The notes: a model not told the origin generated them from the sequence alone. 64,000 nucleotides of DNA from Tubiluchus corallicola (GCA_030141605.1 JAQGDQ010000987.1:8759-72758); one strand, 5' to 3'. Numbered from the stretch's first letter, positions 14,938 through 28,594 are shown. Translations and numbers: made by a program.

Positions 14938-17900
14938 AATATATATGTATATATATTTATATATATATTCATAAAGTATATATATATATATATATATACA
15001 ATATATATATACACACACAATATATATATATATATATATATTGTAATTTTAGATTTTTATGGAGCTAGCTGAAGGTCTAATCACTGTTAATGATGTTGCC
15101 AAAGAATTCCCGGGCTTGATAAATCTTGATGCTAATCCTGCTCTCTGTAAGTACATAGAGGCTGAAGCTAAGTGGGCTACTGACAATAAATTCAGAGTAC
15201 AAAATATTAATTTCTGTATTGATAAAGTGATATTGAGCTGTAATCACCGAAATTTTCTGAAAAGTTTGATATAACGGCTTAGTCCACGTTCATCTGGCTG
15301 TATTATTACTGCAGAGATTGGAGAAGCAAACAAATTAAAATTAATGAATAGAATTATCAATTTAGCCTTGCGGAAATGTATTTCGATAGTTCAGGATAGG
15401 AGGTCATACATGCTAACATAAAACGGACAAACATTACACTCAATGTGAGCACAATCTACATCGGTAATGTCAAAAGAATGGATTGTAAAAGCTGATAAAC
15501 TTGGAAGACTTAACTACAAAAATCACGCCTATTGCCTGGTTTATGTTTCATACGTTGTTCCTGAAATATGTATAAATCAATGTGTCAGTTTTAGCACAGT
15601 TTTAAACTTCCACAAAAATGCAAACCCCTAAAATGCCAGTTCAGGTAATTTCACACTTATTGTGCAAAAGTTCAGTGTGCTTATATCACATGACCTTTGT
15701 GACATACAATTAAATTACACGTGTCAACATCAAGTGTACCTGACCACCTGAATGTCTCTTGCGACAGATAAACTTCAGTCTGCGCATAAAATGTATAATG
15801 TAAAGAAATGGAGACCCAACTTCTCATAATGAATTTTGCTTGTTAGAAATGGACACGTTGAGGTACACAAAAACAGAAGAAGCTTATACCAAGCCTATGT
15901 CAATAATTCTGTGCTCTGTGGCTCCCGTACTGACTCTTGTGTGTAATCCATCTCTTACTGTATGTCCATGATATCTTGAAATTAAGTGTTGTACTTGCAG
16001 ATGCTAATCTGTTTCCTGGTCCAGCAATTGATGCTAATACAGTGTGGATGATGAAGGAACTTGAGAGACATTGTAATCATGGCAAACACTGTTGTAGACG
16101 CATTAGTGCTACCTACCGGGTTGCTAGTGTAAGTACAACTTGGCAAACAATAACTTCTACAACTTTTTTGCGGTATTTGACACTTTTTGACAGATTTCAT
16201 GCCCGAGTGGACATGATCGCACACTGTGATAAATGGTTAATGACCATGTGTATTCCATGCTTGCCTTAGGCGATTCCATTCGTCATACTCATCCTGATCA
16301 TTCACCTCATAAAGTGAGAATGTATATGCATCTGACTGGGGCTAAGACACCTCTGTCAGTTTAGTGGCTCATCTTAGAGGGTGTGTTGCCTTTGATGATG
16401 AGACAGGACCAATCATGCCATGAAAATACGATGTTGAGTAGGCCATGCTGTCATGTGCTGGATTTCAGCTTCCAATATGCTGAAGTGCATAAAAATCATG
16501 GCTGTACTATTTGCGTAATACTAAACTTTGTAAAGATAACAGTCTTAAGATTGTAACTGCTGCTTTGTTGTCACTGTATAAATTGCTCATCTTTAGTCAC
16601 TTTACAAATTTAAAAAAAATATTTTTACTATAGTTTTCTGCATCTTGTTTTAATGGCAGTTATAGCATTCTTTTAGTGATGTAGCTGAATACTTTTAAAT
16701 GTGCTGGAAAATTTGTGCATAATATGTACAGTAAGTTCTCGACGTTTCGTTTTAACGGTGCTAAACATTTGACACCTTTTTCTCATTTAATGACTCATGT
16801 TTTGTTTCAACAACATTTTTTTTTACTTTGCTCAAAATTATTTTTTTATTTTATCAACATCATTTTTACCCAATTTCAAGCATCAAAGCAGTACATTGCA
16901 TTATTCTTTTCTAGAAACATGCTAGTAACATGAAACAGTACAAGTATTATTTATATTTTCGCTTCCCGGTTTATTGCTAGCGACTTGTATAAAACGAAAT
17001 CTGTTTGTCGGGACAACTTTAGTAAACTTTATAAAACGAATTTTGCCTGCAACCTGTTACTATGGCAACCAGTATCTAGACGAAATTGTCTGGAGGCCTG
17101 CTCCCAGGCTAGGCTTTTACTGAAATTGTTTTAAGGCTTGCCCAAGGCTCACCCCTAACAGCATAGCCAGGGCTTTAATGTTAACATTAGCTAGGTTTAA
17201 TTTATATGAAATTCCACATATAGTTTCTGTTTGAATTCTTTTACATTACTTTCTATGGAAGTCTTGGTTTCGTTTAACAACACTTCACATGTTGTCGCAT
17301 TTTGCTAGAACGTATAACTGTTGTTAAGCGAGAACTTACTGTGCGTATTCAAAATGCTTACATCTTACTTGCTTATTCTCCCATGTGTTGTGTTGTAGGT
17401 ACTGGGAAGAAGTTATGAATCAGTTGCTCTTGCTTCAGCATTTGGTATCATGAAAGAATTACTTCTATCTCAAGAAGCATCTTATTTTAGCTTAGCTCAG
17501 GAGTTTGTAAAAGCGAGCGGCATGAATGATGAACAGGTATTTATTTTTGTTGTCATTTGTTTGCAAACTTATAACACAAGGAAACCCTCCAGTTACATAA
17601 AGCTTAAAAATTTTGTCTTGAAATTTGATACTGCTTACATTTTGTCTTTTTGCACACACGACTCACGTCTGCAGTAACACTGTATAAAATACGTAAATTT
17701 AAACTTCCACGATGACCGTTAGGCAAAGGCATCATATTTGCAATCTGGTGGTTTAAAAATAGGATCATCTGCATTAAAGTCGAAATAAAAACTTACTATA
17801 ATATAAGCTTTTACAGCTTAAAATCCCACTCTCAAAATGAATATTCCTTCCTGTAAAACTTGGTTCCTTTGATTTTTTATCACTTTGTTATTAGCAGTAT

Positions 17901-20900
17901 TAAATTTGGAAAACTGTCATTTTTCGTTACGCGAGATGAATGCATTATGAGTACAGTCACGAAGTCACCACGCTTTCTGTACGACGTACGTCATTCTTGC
18001 TCACTCGCGCCAAAGACGCGAAACATCTTGATCTTTATGACAATGCTCGCGTTCAAAATTTGCCATAAAAGGGTAAGTTATTTAATTTATAAGGATATTT
18101 TGTTTAATAATAACTATGAATTATTTGTGTAATCATGACAATGCATTAAAAAAACATCAATGTCTGTTGGGGTTACATAGGCCTTTAATGTTTTTCTAAC
18201 AATTTTGCAAGAATTGTATTAGGTTTTCCTTGTTTTCCTTGCTGTTAGATATCAGCATTCATTGCTGATGCCGTCATCAAGTCGCTGAAAATCTACACTG
18301 GAGTCGGAAGCAGTGCTAGTTCCGAGATAAGTCCACGTAGTAGTAGCGAGCTGTTATTCAATCCATCTGATTCGAACACCTTCTGTCAGCTAGTACGACT
18401 TTGTGAAAATCCTTCACTTCTCGGTTCTTTGCTGCTAAATGCTGCTGCAGCTGTGGGAAACAGTGAGTCACCCAGCAGATCTGGTAAGTCAGACTTTAAT
18501 TAGCCACTACTGTGTGCTTCGTAGTTCCAGTGGCGTGGTGTTTGGCTGTTGTGGGCGAGCGGCCTTGCGCACGTGTCTGAGATACGAAGCTGCATGCTAG
18601 GTAGAGAAAGCTCTGTCACTCATGCAGTGCCAGCCCTGTTGTGCAAGTGTAAGGTAGTGTTTCTTTTTAGCCAAATTTGCTTTTAATGTGTTTATTTCAT
18701 TTTGCACCTTATTAAAACAATTTCCCTAAAAATTTTCTGAAGCACCACCACCACTAATTTTAACCACGAGCTACCACTGGTTAAATTCATCAAAACATCA
18801 GCAATTTAATGTTAATTTGTTTAAAAAAATAAAAGGAAATATGAGGTATAGTTGTTTTTGTATAATTAACTAAGTAAGTTTCTGTTGGATCATAAAGTTG
18901 AACAGTCATAAGTTGCTTAGGTTGTAAATCGATGACTGCTGTATAACTACAACGTTATACTTTAATTACTCAATTAGTTTTATGTTACTTTTTGTGTAAC
19001 GCTCGTGTATAATTTTCAAGACAAATCTGTTCAACTGTCCGAAAAACCTTCTGGACAGTTATATAGTCACTTACATTGTACATTTTTGCACAATAAGTAC
19101 TTTATCTTGTAAGCAAACATGTAATACCTATCATATTTTTTATAATCTAAAATATAATATCTTCATTTAAAAAACCTTTTATGTGAACTAGATAATTTAC
19201 ATACTTATTTTATGATTTAATTTTATTAAAGTCTTTATTTCGAAAACTTGCCATAAAAAGATAGCATGAAAAACATATCTAACCTGATAACAAAAGTGAT
19301 TGATTAATTACATAACCTGAAAAAAAATCCCTATTTGCAATGTTTTCATTATCATCATCATCATTGTCATTATTATCATCATCATTACATTCACCATCGG
19401 CATTGTCAATGTCAGCAAAATCATTATTATCATTAAGATTGTTATTAAGGTATAATGTTTACGAATTTTCCAATTGCCGGAATCATAAGTAACTATTGTA
19501 AACTGTATTTTTCAGTTTTATCAATGCAAGTGGAGTTGCTCATCCGGGCCCATGACTGCTACACAGTAGGCTGCAACATGGAGGGCATTAGCCGAGTTTT
19601 ACATGAAAGCAGGTCGTGCACAAATAATCTTGCAGCCGCTGAACAATTCTCACTTATGGTAACCAGTGGTCTTGATGGTCACTTTTAGTCTTTATGTAAC
19701 TCTATTACCTTCCATTTTACATAAACCTTGAGACCATTACACCTTAAGTTTATTCAACCTGTATAATTCAAATTTTCTGCCAGTTAATATTAGTGAATTA
19801 AACATCAAATCTAAAATCCGCACTTTATTACATGGTAACTCACTTTTCGGAATTTATAAGAGCTTCAAGCTGATTCAGTAAACATTAATTTAACATTTCG
19901 CATTGTACTTGATGTACTGTCACTATTAAAATATAGGTATCTATATCTAATTATAAATGTCTCAACTTTGTTTTAGAGTACTTACCAATTTCTAAGGTAT
20001 GTTAATTAGTTCTGTTCTGTATTCCAAAGGTAATGGAGATTAATATGTTTATAAAAAAAACTTGAAATAATAAAATCTACAGTGAATCGTATGCATGCGT
20101 ATTAAATAGAGGAGGCTTAATTGCACGAATTTTTAATTTCTATATTGTGTGTATGATCTTACAGAATCAGCTTTTGTTTCATTAGGCTTAGTGCGTTATT
20201 TGGTAAAAGTTGTTACCTTTTTGTTAAAAGAAACAGAACTTTGTAGTGGATGCCAACCAAAGTTAGCTGTAAATCTATTAAATGATTTAGAATATCTTGT
20301 ATTATACATATGAATAATTTCTTTATGCATAGAAAAGTTTTAGGAAAAATAATTTTGCAATAGTAAATTTTTATGAACACACATCTGTGAAGAAAATGTT
20401 CGCATTATTTATTTTGCTTAATTTTTGTCTGGCAATCTTATAGTCTAGTGGTAACGCATCCGCTTTCTGTGTGGGAGGTCATGAGTTCGATACTGTGGCC
20501 GGGTCATGCCAAAAACTTTAAAAATGGTACCTACCGTTGCCCTGCCCAGCAGTGCTTAGGGTTAAAGCGTTGTAATAATAGTTTCTTTGATTTATGTTAA
20601 TTGTTCGTCCAAAAGCCAACTTTAATAAATAAAGATTATTATTACTATTATTATGTACCCTGAATGATTCTTTATATCTATTGTAAGTTATAATTTAAAT
20701 TGCAGTCGACATTCCACGTTCTTGTAATAGTTAGGTAAATTTTTGTTTATTTACAGATTAGACTGTTAACTGGCATAGCCCGGTACAGCGAGACAACTTA
20801 CATATTTGATATTTTACAACAACGACAGCAGCTTATTCTATTGTTACGCAAAGGTATAGAAAAGGTATGTTTGTATTTGCCAAACAAGTAAGGTAGATAT

Positions 20901-23900
20901 ATTATGTATCTGTTTTTTTTAAATTTGGAGAAAATTTATACAACTTTCTTACCAGTTCGAGGATGAAATTGCTTTTAATTAATATAATATTATAATATCA
21001 CGAAATTAACTAGGAGGAGGAGGACAACAAAATAAATTGAAATAAATTTGGCAATTCTACCATAATAGTATACCTTAGACGTGAATTTTTATTTGGATGT
21101 GTTGGGGTACACATTTGTATATACTTTTGATTTTGCCATCATTAGAGTAACAATTATTGAATGACTGAATGTTCAGGTACATTACACAAATCTCTGTTGC
21201 TAATCACATTAACTACTTGCTCAACATTTCCAATTTTATTTGTATCCTGTTAATGCATGAAGTGAAATATGAAATCATGAACAATACTTCCTGTTGATTT
21301 AACACAGTTGGTCTGGCAACTTTGTCTTTTAAATCAATTTCTATGAAATTATTAACTATTAATGCATGTTCTTTAATTAATATTGTAATTAATATAAGTA
21401 ACACTCGACATATTGAGCAGCACCTCATTGGGGTGAATAATGGAACACATTTCTTGTTGACATCCAAGTTTAATTAAGTGAATAGAGACACTTGAAAAGT
21501 TTTTTACACCTGACCAGAAGCAAGCTCTTAAGTATTTTTTTAATTGAACAATTAATAAAAATTAATTTGTGTTTTTTTTTAACTTTTCTTGGATGTATTT
21601 TGTCTGCTTCAATTTTACTGATTAAATTTGCATGAAAACTTCGTTTTATTTAATAGAACGAATAGAAGAATTTTAATTGTGCAGTTTGTTTGTCAGCTTT
21701 CTCTGTGCAAAATTTCTCATTAGCTTGTAAGCCTGTAATGATCTACCGATGCATCGTGATATTTTTTATTACGATATGCACATCACTAAAGTGCACCAGT
21801 ATACTGATAATTTGAGTAAACGATATTTAGCTAATTAGCAAGCGCTTGAAAATATTCTGATAAAAACAATGTGAAGTCATTCATGCTGTAACTATAGAGT
21901 GTACTGTAGATACATTGAAAAGTAGTTGACTTCACGCTAGCAGCCAAAGCAGTTGAAAACACAAGGTATATAAAGTTGTACAATGGCAAAAGTGGACCAG
22001 AAAATGCACAAGTAACTTTTAAAACAAAAGTGTCAATACGTTTTGGTTTTCTGCTGGCTTACAATGCAAACAATAGCATACACATTACACAAGTGATAAA
22101 TAAAAACCAACAGTTTGTCTATTTATTTTAGCGTTTAGCAATCCTATAACTGTTGATTGGAAAAAATGTGTTATTATTATTATTATCAACTTCTTTATCT
22201 AGTTTTTTGTAAAACCTGCAAATGCTAACTCAAGTTTATCATATTGTGAAGTTAGTATTGTGATATATATCGTGACCTAGGTATATTGTTACAGCCGTAT
22301 TAGCTTGTTGAATTAGTTTTCTTAGTCAATGTTGCTTCTCAGCATTCTGCTACCGAGAGTTCAGTATTCAATAGTAGCATCTATTACTAATCTTGGAGAA
22401 TGGAGAATGGGACTTGAGCCTGTCTAATTATCTATAACTAGACACTGAACCAGCAGAAGCACCTTTTCTGGCTAAAGTAATTTTTCAGTAGTCAACCATC
22501 CATTTAGTAACCAAGTTCAACATTGCCTAACTTTGGTTTCCTTTCACTCGCTGTAATCATTTGGCTAATACAGAGTAAGTAATATAGTGAGTGTCAAAAA
22601 ATTATTCAGTTTGATGTGGTGAGCTGTCACTCAAAGGCTTCACATTTTGTAACCAGGGTAATAGCTCAATGGTCATAGCATGTACTTAGCAGCCAGAGTC
22701 AAGAATGGTGCTGCTGTTGGTCATTGAATGACTGGGTGATAACTGGGCTCGATACTCACTCTAGGAATTTTTGTTTACCATTTTGGTTCTGGCTGCATAC
22801 CACGTAGACAGAAGATATATTCACATCCAAATGTGGCTAGGACACCCAAACAAAAAAGTTCAATATCTCATCCCAGATGTTTGTCCTTGATAATGAGCCA
22901 GGTACCCGTCTTGTCACCACCATCAACATTGATTAGACACGGTCACTAAATTTCTGGATTCAAATTGTATTAAAAAACGTACTTGGTATGCTGGCTGCGA
23001 GAAAGTTGACATTAATATTTTACTAAAAACAGTGCTACGTAATTGAAAACAGAAATCGTGATTGAGCTTGGCACTCCTGTTGGATTAGGTTTTGCTGAAA
23101 TAAAAGTTTATAAATAGTGGGCAACTTGCCAACTAAACAATTTTGACAATTTTTCTGCTTGCCTTGCTAAGCTTTAATTAATACAAGCTCACATTAGTTT
23201 ATTTCGCCGTAGGATCACAAATTAAAAGTGGCTCTGCTGGACTACATGAAGCGTTCATTTCCGGCTGATAGGGATATGTACACGATGGTAGCCCTGCATT
23301 TCACCATGTTTCGTGAGATCGGTGAAATGCTCGAGGATGCAGCATTTTGTGAGCTCGAATCTTTCCGTGGAAAACATCTAGGTAACTGCTTAACCACTAG
23401 TCTAGTCCTTTTTAGTATCAGTATTAGTGGTAAGCATACACTTTCAGAAATCTAATTCGTACGATTTTTTGATTTTCGAGTTCGAATCAAATTCAAGTGG
23501 AGTATTAAAGGCTTTGCGAATAAATATGGAATTAGTAATTAAAATGGTGTGTTAAAGATCACGTATATTGTTTCATTTTGTTCTACAGCAAGAATTCATT
23601 ATTTCTTATCATAAATTGTGCTTAAAGATTGCAGCTAAGTTATGCTAATTGTATGATGTTTCAAATGTTTTAACAATAAAAACGAGCATAGTTGAACTGT
23701 GGATTTTTTTGTTTTGGCTCGAATCAAAGTTGGATTAAAAAACTGAATGCTCAAATTGAATTCGAATGTTTGCTGCTCACTTCCAAACTACATCTAGCTT
23801 TTTTTAGCAGATATAGTGATGAAAATCTGCTGTGTAGCTGAAAAATACTCTTCATGTCAATTAAGCAAAACCAAGATAAGAAGTATTATATTATGTACTG

Positions 23901-26900
23901 CACGTCAGTTTAACCAATCATTAGGCATGTTTTTTGTCTTGTTTTAAGTTACTTTTTTACTTGTTATCCTTATTTTTGTTGTGCCGTCAACGAGGTATTG
24001 ATGGGAATAATATAATTGCCTTATAGCACAGCCTCCCTTTCATCTCTGTTATTGCAACTGAAAGCAAGATTTGCCAGAACAGCTGTCTCCAATTACTGAC
24101 TCTTTAACTTCTTTAGCACATATATTTTTACAACTGTGATGAGAGAATGCATGCTATGTAAGTTTTGGCTCATTTTGAATCCTGGTAGAAGCGAGCGTTG
24201 TTCGCACTTTCATTATTAGCGAAAGTTTCAATTTGTTAAAACATTTTGGCTATATATACTTTGACCTTGATGATAAAATGAGTCTATATTTTTTTATTAA
24301 ATTTCTCAAACCAGTCTTAATTAAAGAGAAGTAAATCTGAAAAAGTCTGTGTTGTGTTTGTTTTGAACCTGGGACCTTTCTATTGCTAGTTCAGTGACCA
24401 GAAGATTAAAAATCCATTTGTGATTGTACACAGGTGTTAATTCAGTCCAAGCAGCTCAGTCCATCCATATTCAAACCAATCCAACATTTACAAGGTTTAG
24501 TTTTTAATGATAATTTCGAACCTAGACTAATCTGAGAGTAATTAACTAAAATTTAGTTTCGAGATTGTTGATAGTTATGTCCTTGTTAAGATTACTGATT
24601 AATTATTCCATTGCCAACATTGTTGATTAATTATTCTGTTGTCAAGAATGTTAATTAATTATTTCATTGTCAAGATTTTTGATTAATTATTCCATTGTCA
24701 TGATTGTTGATTAATTATTTCCGTGTCCAGATTACTAATTATATATTCTGTTGTCAAGATTATTGATTAATTATTTCGTTATCAAGATTGTTGGTTAACT
24801 GTTCTGATGTCAATGTTCTTGATTAAGTATTCTTTCATTGAGTTTGTTGATTAATTGTTCCATTGTCAAGATTGTTGATTAATTATTCCATTGTCAAGAT
24901 TGTTGATTAATTTTTCCATTGTCAAGATTGTTGATTAATTATTCCATTGTCAATTTTGAAATTAACATTAAAAAATAATTAATCTTTAATCTTACATAAA
25001 ACTTTATTACATTAACCTTTTATTAATAATTAGTTAAATGATCATGCTAAGTTTCCTCTGGTGGGGCTTGTCTATTAGTTTTAACCAGTGTTTGTTTTGT
25101 TGTCTTTAATGAATACCATCACATTTCCTGCACAGGGTGAATAGAAGTATTTTGTGTTGGAGCCAAAAACTTGCAAAAACAAGTTTGTAATTGTGAACAG
25201 CCAGTGTGCGACCTTTTTTCAAAATCCACATGTGATTTGAAATTTAAAAAACAAATGCCTTGATTTTCGGTGTAGCATTAAATCGCTTAAAACTGCTTCA
25301 TTTTCACCTACGGGGTTTTCTCTCTATAATTAATCTGCCTACATTAGACTAGGACTACATTTTCTCTAGCCGAGATAACAATGCTATAAATTCTTTTGCA
25401 AATCTTATTTCGGATGAATTCTTATCATCTTTCGCCTATCAATGGCAGTAGCGTAAACTCAAAAGAATTTTCTTGTCTACTTCACCACAAAAGATTATGT
25501 TTTTTGTATATCAAAAATTAAAATTTTGTACTAACATCGAAATACGCTATTTTTATGTAGATTGAACTAAATTCTTACGCTTAATTTAAAAATAGTTCCT
25601 AGATCCTTATAACCTTGTTGCTTTGATATACTCTTCTCAAGTATTTAATGTGTGAGGTTTCTGTCTTGTATGATTACGTATGGTGTTAATTATTAATATG
25701 AACACAGCATAGCTGTAAAGGCAGGCTTAAGTCGACCTTCTGACGCAATGCAACTGAAAGCAGCTGAAGACTCGGCAACTGCCGGCTTACGGTAATGTCG
25801 CTAGTTTCGTGTATATCCAGCTGAACATGTTCCAACAATTTGCTCATGTTCTACTTGCAGCATTCGGTATTAACCTGAGCATTGTTCAATGATGATCGTG
25901 GTTTGGTCAAAGATTTTTTCATTTGTTTACCCTCAGTCGTCATCAACCTGAGCTTGTGTTCGCGACCGTTTCCTGTCAGTTGAGGCGAGTTGCATTGCAT
26001 TGCAGGTCGACCTAAGCTTGGGTTTGCAGGAACTAGTACAACTATTGATTTCGTTGTATTTTAGGCACTTCTACAGAGACCCAAAACAAGCTGCAGGACA
26101 TTGCCCAGTATTTCATTGATGCAGCACAGAGTTATACTAAAGAAGAATGTTTGAGGCATGCTAGTGCTTGCTGGAACATGGCAAGATTGGTAGCATTACA
26201 GATTCAACTACTGCCTTGTCTTATACAAGTTATCTGCCTTGATTCTCCCAACACGTTTATCATGAAACATTCAAATTTTAATGAGGTAAATAAATGCATG
26301 TATTTTCTGGAGAGTGTCCAAGCGAAGTAATCTTTCAGACTGGACATATCTCCTCCTGTTGCTAGATAAATAATTCTGCTTTATGCATCTGTCTGTGTGG
26401 TGTTAATTCTCACCGTTTGTGTCTTCTTGGCATTTCTTAAACTTTTGTATGATCAGTCTAACTTATGAATATGCATAGTATAGAAGTAGCAATTACATAT
26501 TAAAAATAGCTTAGCTCTTTAACTTAGTATGTTTGTCTTCCCTATTTTTAGGCATTGATTGTGTCAAAAGCATATGATTGTGCCCCGGACTGGGCTGGCG
26601 CCGTCTACCATATTGTCATTATAAATGGAGATTTCAAGTACCTGCAAAGCTTTGAGATGTCTGGGAGGCTAACTTATGAACTTATTAGTGATGTGTGTCT
26701 AAGGTATTCTGGTATAATCAGTGTAATTGGTTTGAGAATGTTTGTGCAAACATACTGCTTCAAGTGATAGTTAAATCATATATCATTTTGTTACGCTGTC
26801 TCCATAAACCAAAAAAATAGTTTTGTAGAATTATCCCCATTTGGCAAATAAGTGTAACTTCATTAAAATGGAATTTACATATTGCCGACCGGTTTCAAAG

Positions 26901-27635
26901 GAAAATGTTGTACTTGAGCTTGTGCAACACCAACAGTGCATTGTGGTTTGTGGAATTAGGTAACAAAATGGCAGTTCTCTGAAGTTGACAGTTCTGTTAC
27001 TACCAACATAATGGTTAGTTTGTTTGTGTAGTGTTAAATAGTTTCATGCTAATCAAGACATGTAGTCTCTAAGATAAATTATTAAATTATCTATATTATA
27101 TTAAATCATATATCTTTTGGATATTAACTGCTGAATTGTACTTTGATGTTCTTTCTAAATTCTGGTAAATTCTTTGTTTTAAATCCTTGACAATGAAGAC
27201 TTTTGTTTGAAAATGATCAGCGATAAATGAATTAGATCCATTTTGAATAGCTTTTTAAAGTAGTTATTTTTGTCTAACATATTCAAGTTGTACTTTAAAA
27301 TAGTTTACACTGAAACTAAACATAGTTCCTTGAGAAAAAAATTGTAGTCTATGTATTCAGATTGTACTTTGATGCAAGTGAGTTATTACACTAGATACTC
27401 GCCTTTGACTTTAACACCTTTGGAAATAAATAACCCAGGTTTGGTTTTCACTTTCAGGGCTGCAGCTGATGTTTCTAGATCAGCACAATGTAATTCTAAT
27501 CTGAAGAAACTCCTGGAGCACTGTTTTGTACCTGTTATAAAATACAAGCTAGCGGCTAGTCTGGGCTTTACTGACATTTGTTCACATATGCTTAGTGGAA
27601 GCAGTGGCGTTTATTTAAAAGATCATATCAGCTAG
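455..27635 (+). CDS. SPG11: Spatacsin, C-terminal part (24 exons; 5' exons lie upstream of the window)
   Basis: Phase-compatible exons: 455-587, 1247-1373, 2625-2736, 3311-3470, 4425-4584, 5209-5441, 6804-7010, 8268-8375, 8525-8702, 10309-10520, 11326-11463, 12309-12464, 12776-12928, 14421-14537, 15053-15146, 16001-16128, 17399-17536, 18249-18483, 19516-19658, 20757-20864, 23213-23381, 26065-26285, 26552-26703, 27458-27635 (TAG). The peptides AACVAFLEMLG, VELLIRAHDCYT..MEGISRVL, RLLTGIARYSETTYIFD, ALLDYMKR, MFREIGE, DAAQSYTK, AYDCAPDWA, GDFKYL and NLKKLLEHC match recalled human spatacsin in order. The 4584 donor is the least certain boundary. Confidence 0.93.
755..832. repeat. Two-copy tandem duplication, about 38-bp unit
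   Basis: cagcacaccaatca(t/c)agtacattcatctgtacatctga occurs twice in tandem. Confidence 0.85.
1933..2563. mobile_element. Non-autonomous Tc1/mariner-pogo-type MITE
   Basis: Left TIR cagtaaactatgtataactcaaac versus reverse complement of the right end, cagcaaactatgtataattcgaac. TA flanks both sides. Confidence 0.8.
3551..3740. repeat. (TTAGA)n microsatellite, probably the 3' tail of a minus-strand retroelement
   Basis: Near-pure pentamer array. The adjacent sequence (gaccaagaggtcacctag, about 3827) resembles the sequence at about 7185 (gaccagaggtcatctag), which follows a short (TTGAA)n tract. Confidence 0.85.
5756..6133. mobile_element. hAT-type MITE
   Basis: TIRs cagtggcgtagct / ggctacgcccctg. 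8-bp TSD ggtttgat (5748-5755) / ggcttgat (6134-6141). Confidence 0.8.
7670..8204. mobile_element. TTAA-targeting MITE (Kolobok/T2-like)
   Basis: TTAA|aggaaaaccagccgattg ... caatcgtccggttttcct|TTAA. Confidence 0.8.
9206..9410. repeat. Compound tri-/hexanucleotide microsatellite
   Basis: Runs of atgata, gtgata, gtgaca and ataaca. Confidence 0.85.
9721..9755 (-). ncRNA. Minimal type I hammerhead ribozyme-like motif (Penelope-like element variant core)
   Basis: Minus strand reads UGCC-UUGACAA-U-GAAC-A-GUUC-GAAAC-UG-GUC-GGCA: helix I UGCC/GGCA, C3U/G8A variant core, helix II GAAC/GUUC, GAAA, minimal helix III and a GUC triplet. Confidence 0.55.
12981..13649. mobile_element. TIR-bounded non-autonomous DNA element
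   Basis: tgtaaagcaaaaccatccataagtc versus reverse complement of the right end, tgcatagcaaaatcgtccataagtc. TSD not resolved. Confidence 0.65.
13779..14166. mobile_element. hAT-type MITE inserted into a SINE-like sequence
   Basis: Exact 8-bp TSD gaaatgaa (13771-13778 and 14167-14174). Imperfect TIRs caaggctcgtactc / gaatacgaatcatg. Subterminal tcctata repeats. Confidence 0.75.
14909..15041. repeat. (TA)n microsatellite next to an SPG11 acceptor site
   Basis: Imperfect TA run ending about 11 nt before the AG at 15051-15052. Confidence 0.9.
20441..20550 (+). mobile_element. tRNA-derived SINE
   Basis: Box A tagtctagtgg and box B gagttcgatact, followed by ggccgggtcatgccaaaaactttaaaaatggtac. A related copy lies on minus at about 61126-61190. 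Confidence 0.7.
22656..22770 (+). mobile_element. Degenerate tRNA-derived SINE-like sequence
   Basis: Box A-like tagctcaatgg and box B-like gggctcgatactc. Confidence 0.4.
24575..24965. repeat. 28-bp minisatellite, about 13 copies
   Basis: Unit attgttgattaattattccattgtcaag, most homogeneous at the 3' end of the array. Confidence 0.9.
25713..26029. mobile_element. MITE with long imperfect TIRs
   Basis: gcaggcttaagtcgacct..gcaatgcaact versus agttgcattgc..aggtcgacctaagcttgg. Confidence 0.65.
26850..27240. mobile_element. Penelope-like terminal-repeat remnants in opposite orientations
   Basis: tgccgaccggtttc (26883-26896) and ccttgacaatgaagac..gtttgaaaatgatc (27185-27218) both resemble the motif and flanks at 9700-9755. 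Confidence 0.45.
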
Positions 27636-27854
27636 ACTCCAATGACACTTAACACACTGGTATAATTTCTGAGTTGAATGTGATCTGTGAACTAGCTTAC
27701 GAGAAAGCTCCACACCACTGAGAGACATGAGTTACCAGAAGACCCAAAAAACATTATGCATGAGCCAAAATTTGTCAAGGTTTCAGTGTAACAAAATGTT
27801 TTCGTTCATTTTGGCCCTGAATAATTGCTATGTGATAATAACATATGAAGGCCT

Positions 27855-28305
27855 AGGATTGACTCAGCAATCTGGTACTGAATTCTGTTAGCAAGTGCTA
27901 GACTCAGTGAACTGGTACTGGACTCAGCAATCTGGTACTGGATTAAGTTAGACTCAGTAAACTGGTACTGGACTCAGCAAGTGCTAGACTCAGTAAACTG
28001 GCACTAGACTCAGCAATCTGGTAGTGAATCATGTTAGCCAGTGCTAGACTCAGTAAACTGGTACTGGACTCAGCAATCTGGTAGTGAATTATGTTAGCAA
28101 GTGCTAGACTCAGTAAACTGGTACTGGACTCAGCAATCTGGTAGTGAATTATGTTAGCAAGTGCTAGACTCAGTAAACTGGTACTGGACTCAGCAAGTGC
28201 TAGACTCAGTAAACTGGTACTGGACTCAGCAAGTGCTAGACTCAGTAAACTGGTACTGGATTCAGTTAGCAAGTGCTAGACTCAGTACACTGGTACTGAG
28301 CTCAC
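27855..28305. repeat. Modular minisatellite (36-bp and 60-bp units) in the probable SPG11 3' UTR
   Basis: Modules gactcagcaa, gtgcta, gactcagtaaactggtactg and tctggtagtgaattatgttagcaa. Near-exact 60-bp period at 28021-28200. Confidence 0.9.
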
Positions 28306-28594
28306 ACAATGCACATGTTTCTTTGGTAGTATATGTTTTACAAATCATTGCTGTAAGATTATCAATAATAATATTAATTAATTAACCATGTAATGAGAAA
28401 TTTGGATTTTCAAACAGTGAACACTGTTTTTGTATGAGATAATATGAAGTTTATCAGTAGCGTAACTATGCTTTTGGTCTCCCTGCAAAATTATCCATGG
28501 TCCCATGTCATTCAAAAGCAAAATTTTTATGCCATGTAGATGCGGTACAGTTTCTAAAATCAATTATCTTTTGGTACTAAAATGAATTATGATG

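Noticed and set aside
27855-28305. CRISPR-like array, or repeat-protein ORFs 27943-28272 and 28161-28385
   Set aside because: No unique spacers and a eukaryotic context. The ORFs are by-products of repeat periods divisible by 3.
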